Shown here: piece after piece, positions 59,814 to 64,000 of the stretch
Layout: the number at the start of each line of letters is the position of its first letter
Numbering within the stretch: the stretch's first letter is position 1
Notes under the pieces: model-generated
Seen by the model: the letters and a program-made list of their open reading frames with translations, nothing else
Databases searched by the model: none
Told to the model about the DNA's origin: nothing
Position numbers and translations under genes: made by a program
From: an uncultured Gemmatimonadales bacterium
Lineage (GTDB): Bacteria; Gemmatimonadota; Gemmatimonadetes; Gemmatimonadales; GWC2-71-9
Reading direction: 5' to 3'
DNA length: 64,000 nucleotides
Assembly: GCA_963728915.1 (NCBI GenBank)
Contig: CAVSLV010000003.1
Location: 1-64,000, forward strand

Positions 59814-61490
59814 CTATTTGAACTGCCCCTCCCGAATCGCCCGGAACTCGTTGCCGGGCCGCCATTCCGGGAACCGGGTGGCGTTGGCGATCCGGTAGCC
59901 CATCGTCATAAACAGCCGCAGGTCCTGCACCGCCCCGGCCAGGTCCCAGTCCGGCTTGATCTCGTCGGACGGGTTGTGATAATCCTTTTCGGTGTAGTTG
60001 TCCCGTTTGGCCATGCCGTACCCCGCTGGCTTTCCGATGAAATCGGTGCCCGCCTCGGGGTCGAAAGCGGGAACCCCCAGTTTCGCGAAGTTGAAGTGAT
60101 CGGAGCGGTAGTAGAACCCCTTCTCGGGCTCCGCGTCGGGTTTGAGCACCCGGTGCTGCTCCGCGGCCGCGTCGCGGGCGTAATCGTCGAGCTCCGAGGC
60201 GCCAAGCCCGACCACCACGAGATCGCTGGTGGGACCCCAGGTGTTGAGCACATCCATATTGATCACCGCGAGGGTCCTGGTCAGTGGATAGAGCGGATTG
60301 GTCGCATAGTACTGGGAGCCCAGCAATCCCTGCTCTTCCGCCGTCACGGCCAGGAAGAGAATCGATCGCCGCGGCTTCTGCTTGAGCTTCCCGAACGCCT
60401 TGGCCATTGCGATCAGCCCCGCGGTGCCCGTCGCGTTGTCCGCCGCCCCGTTGTAGATCGAGTCGCCATTGATCGGGGTGCCGATGCCGAAATGGTCCCA
60501 GTGGGCGGTGTAGATCACGTACTGGTCCCGGACCAGGTCCCGGTTGTTGATCGGGGTCGAATCACTCCCCAGCAGTTTGGCGACCACATTGCGGGACTGG
60601 ATGGTTCGCAAGGTGTTGCGAATGCTGAGGGACGCCGTCACGCCGAGAGGCACCGGCCGGAACGCACGGCTCGCGGCGCGCGCTTTCAGCGAATCGAAGT
60701 TCTGACCGGCCATCGCGAACAGCGCCTTGGCCTGATCCAGCGTGATCCATCCTTCGATCGCCGACCGGCTCATGTTCTTGTCGGGGGTGAGCAGGTCGAA
60801 CTGCTCGCCGGTCTTGCCCTGGACCACGGCGAACGGATATCCGGCCGGACCGGTCTCATGGACGATGAGGACCGCGGCGGCCTTGTGCTTCATCCCCTGT
60901 TCGTACTTGTAGGTCCACCGGCCATAGTAGGTCATGGCCTTTCCGCCGAACTGGGTCGAGTCGGAAAGGGGAGGATCGTTCACCAGCATGATCAGGGTCT
61001 TGCCGGTCATATCCTCGCCCTTGAAATCGTCCCACGAGAATTCCGGCGCCTCCACGCCATAGCCGACGAACACCATATTGGAATGGGCGATGGATGCCTC
61101 CGGCGCCACGTGCTTGGTCCAGGCCACGAAGTCGTCCCGCCACGCCAGGACCCGCTTGGCGCCCTTCCCGTCGAACACGAGCGTCGGCGACCCGACCGGC
61201 GTGATGCCCACCAGGGGCACCACCTGGATGTAACTCCCATCCGGATTCCCGGGCGCCAGGCCCGCCTCCGCGAACTGATCCGTCAGGAACTTGATCGTGT
61301 AATCCTCGCCCTGGCTGCCGGGGGCCCGACCCTCGTACATGTCGGAGGCGAGAACCCGCACGCCAAAGGCAAGCCCGGCGGTGTCGATGGTGGCCTCCGC
61401 GCTCTCGAGATCGCGGGGGTTGGCGGAGCCGGAGCGGCAAGCGGACAGGGCGAGGAGAAGCCCCCCGGAGAACAACAGGTAATGACGCAT
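59814..61490 (-). CDS. M28 family metallopeptidase lipoprotein (PA insert)
   Basis: AHWDH, GAADNA, AEEQGLLGS, RSDH, YH.P.D. Confidence 0.92.
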   Translation of the reverse strand: MRHYLLFSGGLLLALSACRSGSANPRDLESAEATIDTAGLAFGVRVLASDMYEGRAPGSQGEDYTIKFLTDQFAEAGLAPGNPDGSYIQVVPLVGITPVGSPTLVFDGKGAKRVLAWRDDFVAWTKHVAPEASIAHSNMVFVGYGVEAPEFSWDDFKGEDMTGKTLIMLVNDPPLSDSTQFGGKAMTYYGRWTYKYEQGMKHKAAAVLIVHETGPAGYPFAVVQGKTGEQFDLLTPDKNMSRSAIEGWITLDQAKALFAMAGQNFDSLKARAASRAFRPVPLGVTASLSIRNTLRTIQSRNVVAKLLGSDSTPINNRDLVRDQYVIYTAHWDHFGIGTPINGDSIYNGAADNATGTAGLIAMAKAFGKLKQKPRRSILFLAVTAEEQGLLGSQYYATNPLYPLTRTLAVINMDVLNTWGPTSDLVVVGLGASELDDYARDAAAEQHRVLKPDAEPEKGFYYRSDHFNFAKLGVPAFDPEAGTDFIGKPAGYGMAKRDNYTEKDYHNPSDEIKPDWDLAGAVQDLRLFMTMGYRIANATRFPEWRPGNEFRAIREGQFK

Positions 61491-61564
61491 GAGCCAGAAT
61501 CCTTGCAGGTGTGAATCGGACCCCAAAAATAGTAGATTCTCCGCGGCCCTCCTCAAGAGATCCC

Positions 61565-62797
61565 ATGGCGTCCTCCCCCTCGCGCAGCTCGGCGAATGCT
61601 GCGGTCTTTGCCTCCTTTCTTGGCTGGACCCTGGACGCCTTCGATTTTTTCCTGGTGGTGTTCACCCTGACGGCGATCGGGGCCGAATTCGGGGTGACCG
61701 ATGCCGCCATGGCGGGGACCCTCGCGATCACGCTGGCGTTCCGTCCGGTCGGCGCCTTCATCTTCGGGCTGATGGCCGATCGCTACGGGCGACGCACTCC
61801 GCTGATGCTCAGCCTGGTGTTCTTCTCGGTAATGGAAGTGCTGTCCGGGCTCGCCCCAAGCTATACCATGTTCTTCGTCTTTCGGGCGCTCTTCGGCATC
61901 GGGATGGGGGGTGAATGGGGCGTCGGCGCGTCGCTCGCCATGGAAAAGGCGCCCGCCAAGCGGCGCGGGCTGCTCTCGGGGTTTCTCCAGGAAGGCTACG
62001 CCTGCGGGTATCTCCTCGCCGCGATCGTGTATTTCCTGGTCTTTCCCAGGTGGGGATGGCGGCCCCTGTTTTTCATCGGCGGGCTTCCGGCGCTCCTCGC
62101 GGTGTACGTGCGATCCCGGGTGACCGAGTCGGAAGTCTGGCTCAAGACCCGGCACCACGACTGGAGCTCGCTGGGCCGGACCATCCTCTCCCACTGGAAG
62201 CTGTTCCTCTACATCCTGGTCCTCATGACCATGATGAATTTCGTGTCCCATGGCACCCAGGACATGTACCCCACTTTCCTTCAGCGCGACTGGGGCTTCA
62301 CTCCGGGCAAGCGCGCCGCGCTCACCGCGTTCTCGATGGTGGGGGCGATCCTCGGCGGGCTGATCACCGGCCACCTGTCGGACCGGTTCGGCCGGCGGCG
62401 GGCCATGATCGCGGCGCTGATCGGCGCGATCCTGGTGATTCCCGCCTGGGCCTTTGCACCCTCGCTTGGGGTTCTGGTCGCGGGAGCCTTCCTGATGCAG
62501 TTCATGGTGCAGGGCGCCTGGGGCGTCATCCCGGCCCATATCACCGAGCTGGCGCCGGATTCGGTGCGGGGCTTTCTCCCCGGATTCGCCTACCAGTCGG
62601 GGGTCGCCCTGGCCGGGACGGTCGCCCTCATCGAGGCGGTCTTTGCCAAAGGCACCAGTTACGCCGTCGCCATGGCGCTGACCGCGGTCACGGTTTTCTC
62701 GCTGGCCGCGCTGGCAACCTGGGCCGGGAAGGAGAAACGCGGCGTGGTGTTCGGGGAAGCCATCCCGCCTGTCAAGGAACCTGGCCTCGGCGTCTAG
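61565..62797 (+). CDS. MFS transporter (sialate/carboxylate Jen1-like)
   Basis: GWTLDAFDF; ADRYGRR; HGTQD.YPT. Confidence 0.9.
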   Translation: MASSPSRSSANAAVFASFLGWTLDAFDFFLVVFTLTAIGAEFGVTDAAMAGTLAITLAFRPVGAFIFGLMADRYGRRTPLMLSLVFFSVMEVLSGLAPSYTMFFVFRALFGIGMGGEWGVGASLAMEKAPAKRRGLLSGFLQEGYACGYLLAAIVYFLVFPRWGWRPLFFIGGLPALLAVYVRSRVTESEVWLKTRHHDWSSLGRTILSHWKLFLYILVLMTMMNFVSHGTQDMYPTFLQRDWGFTPGKRAALTAFSMVGAILGGLITGHLSDRFGRRRAMIAALIGAILVIPAWAFAPSLGVLVAGAFLMQFMVQGAWGVIPAHITELAPDSVRGFLPGFAYQSGVALAGTVALIEAVFAKGTSYAVAMALTAVTVFSLAALATWAGKEKRGVVFGEAIPPVKEPGLGV

Positions 62798-62815
62798 CCC
62801 ACCGGCGTCGCCTGT

Positions 62816-63985
62816 CTAATGCACCAACCGATAGAAACGCGCGGCCATCGTGGGGAGCCGGTCCCGACGTGCGCGAAGCACCGCTTCGATCCTCGCTCCG
62901 GCGAGCCGCCTCCACGGCGGAGGGATCGATAGCACGGCGTGGGCCAGGACGTTGTCGGCAAGGCCCAGCTGCACCACCCCGACGACCGAATCCCAGGCCG
63001 CTCGAGGAAGGTGGGACAATACCCGCCGGTCCAGCGCACGGCTGTTCGATGTTAACCCGCGAACCGACGGGAAGGCGGGGGTGAACCGAACCAGCTTGGG
63101 CAGGGCCGGGCGAACCGCCGCGGCGAGCCATCCATCGAACGAGGCAAAGGCCTGATCCCGATCGACCGGGAGGGCACGCCAGGTGCTGCCCCCATCCCCG
63201 GGAACCGCCATCCAGTGCCACTGACCGGGATGGCGGTCCCAGTCCCCCATGACGAAGTCCAGAAGCCTCGCCGCCAGAAACCACTCTGTGTCCACCGCGG
63301 CGCCCGGCAGCGTATCCAGGTCGGCGAGGACCTGGTCGGTGGAGGACAGCCCCGGTTTCGAGGAATCCGTTTCTTCTTCCTGGAAGATCCCCAGCAGGCC
63401 ACCAAAGCGACTGAAATCCCCCAATTCCGGCTGGTCGGCGAGCACCGCGAGTCGTCTCGGCGCGCTGGGGAATCCGGCCGCCAGCTCCAGCACGCCCGCG
63501 ATCAGGGGTGCGGCGGGATTCGCCGCACTGACCTGGTCCTGGAGCAGCCGACCGAGGAGACTGCGGTCGAGGGGAGCGGGCAGCAGTCGCAGCTTCTTGT
63601 CGAGCGAGCGAAACACGTACCGGCGGCCTGCCGCTGACCGGAAGTGTAAGGAAAGGGATTGTTGACCTCCGCCGGCTCGGACCGGGATCAGCCCGCCGTC
63701 CACCTGCTCGAGCCGTAGCACTGGAACCGTGATTGGGGTGAGCCAGAGGTCCCGATACCCGTTGCCCGCCAGGCGACGCCAGAGAGGCCCGGCCTCATAT
63801 TCGCTTCCCGCGATCACCTCCAGGGAGCTGGCCTCCGCGGGCACGGATCTCCGGACCGGACCATCCCGGCCCCGGGAAGGGAGCGGCACCAGGAGGACCA
63901 GCAGGAGAATGAGGAACCCGCCCGGGATCGCGGCCCGGACCAAGCGGCGGCCAAGCCGGGGTGAGGTGCAGCCCTGATTCGGCAT
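62816..63985 (-). CDS. Hypothetical exported protein with a kinase-like central domain
   Basis: Signal-like N-terminus; GGGQQS, DWDRH..QW, DRDQAF motifs. Confidence 0.7.
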   Translation of the reverse strand: MPNQGCTSPRLGRRLVRAAIPGGFLILLLVLLVPLPSRGRDGPVRRSVPAEASSLEVIAGSEYEAGPLWRRLAGNGYRDLWLTPITVPVLRLEQVDGGLIPVRAGGGQQSLSLHFRSAAGRRYVFRSLDKKLRLLPAPLDRSLLGRLLQDQVSAANPAAPLIAGVLELAAGFPSAPRRLAVLADQPELGDFSRFGGLLGIFQEEETDSSKPGLSSTDQVLADLDTLPGAAVDTEWFLAARLLDFVMGDWDRHPGQWHWMAVPGDGGSTWRALPVDRDQAFASFDGWLAAAVRPALPKLVRFTPAFPSVRGLTSNSRALDRRVLSHLPRAAWDSVVGVVQLGLADNVLAHAVLSIPPPWRRLAGARIEAVLRARRDRLPTMAARFYRLVH

Positions 63986-64000
63986 CGTCGTCCTTGTAGG

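Overview
GC-rich bacterial window. A Gemmatimonadota-like origin is an inference from gene content, such as PadR plus ADOP-type permeases. About 1-21 kb is an integron-type gene-cassette array with no integrase in the window. It has intact attC sites up to about 12.2 kb and progressively eroded attC half-sites beyond. The array holds three toxin-antitoxin cassettes, many small VOC/GNAT/SnoaL-type cassettes and several decaying genes. An IS3 element and three distinct IS110-family elements are all inserted inside attC sites. Each IS110 element has a non-coding end that folds into bridge/seek-RNA-like loops whose guide segments match the attC box where it inserted; two target R' and one targets R''. 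A MerB-like gene near 20 kb has an in-frame UGA followed by a SECIS-like hairpin, making it a selenoprotein candidate. About 21-40 kb is a mostly co-oriented run of small accessory genes with two ABC/ADOP permeases. About 40-56 kb is a phenylacetate (paa) catabolic cluster interleaved with 2-oxoacid dehydrogenase E1/E2 genes and a copper-chaperone operon led by a Cys-rich, xAPP-ending putative leader ORF. About 56-64 kb holds housekeeping-type genes. All protein calls come from motif recognition only; no database search was run.
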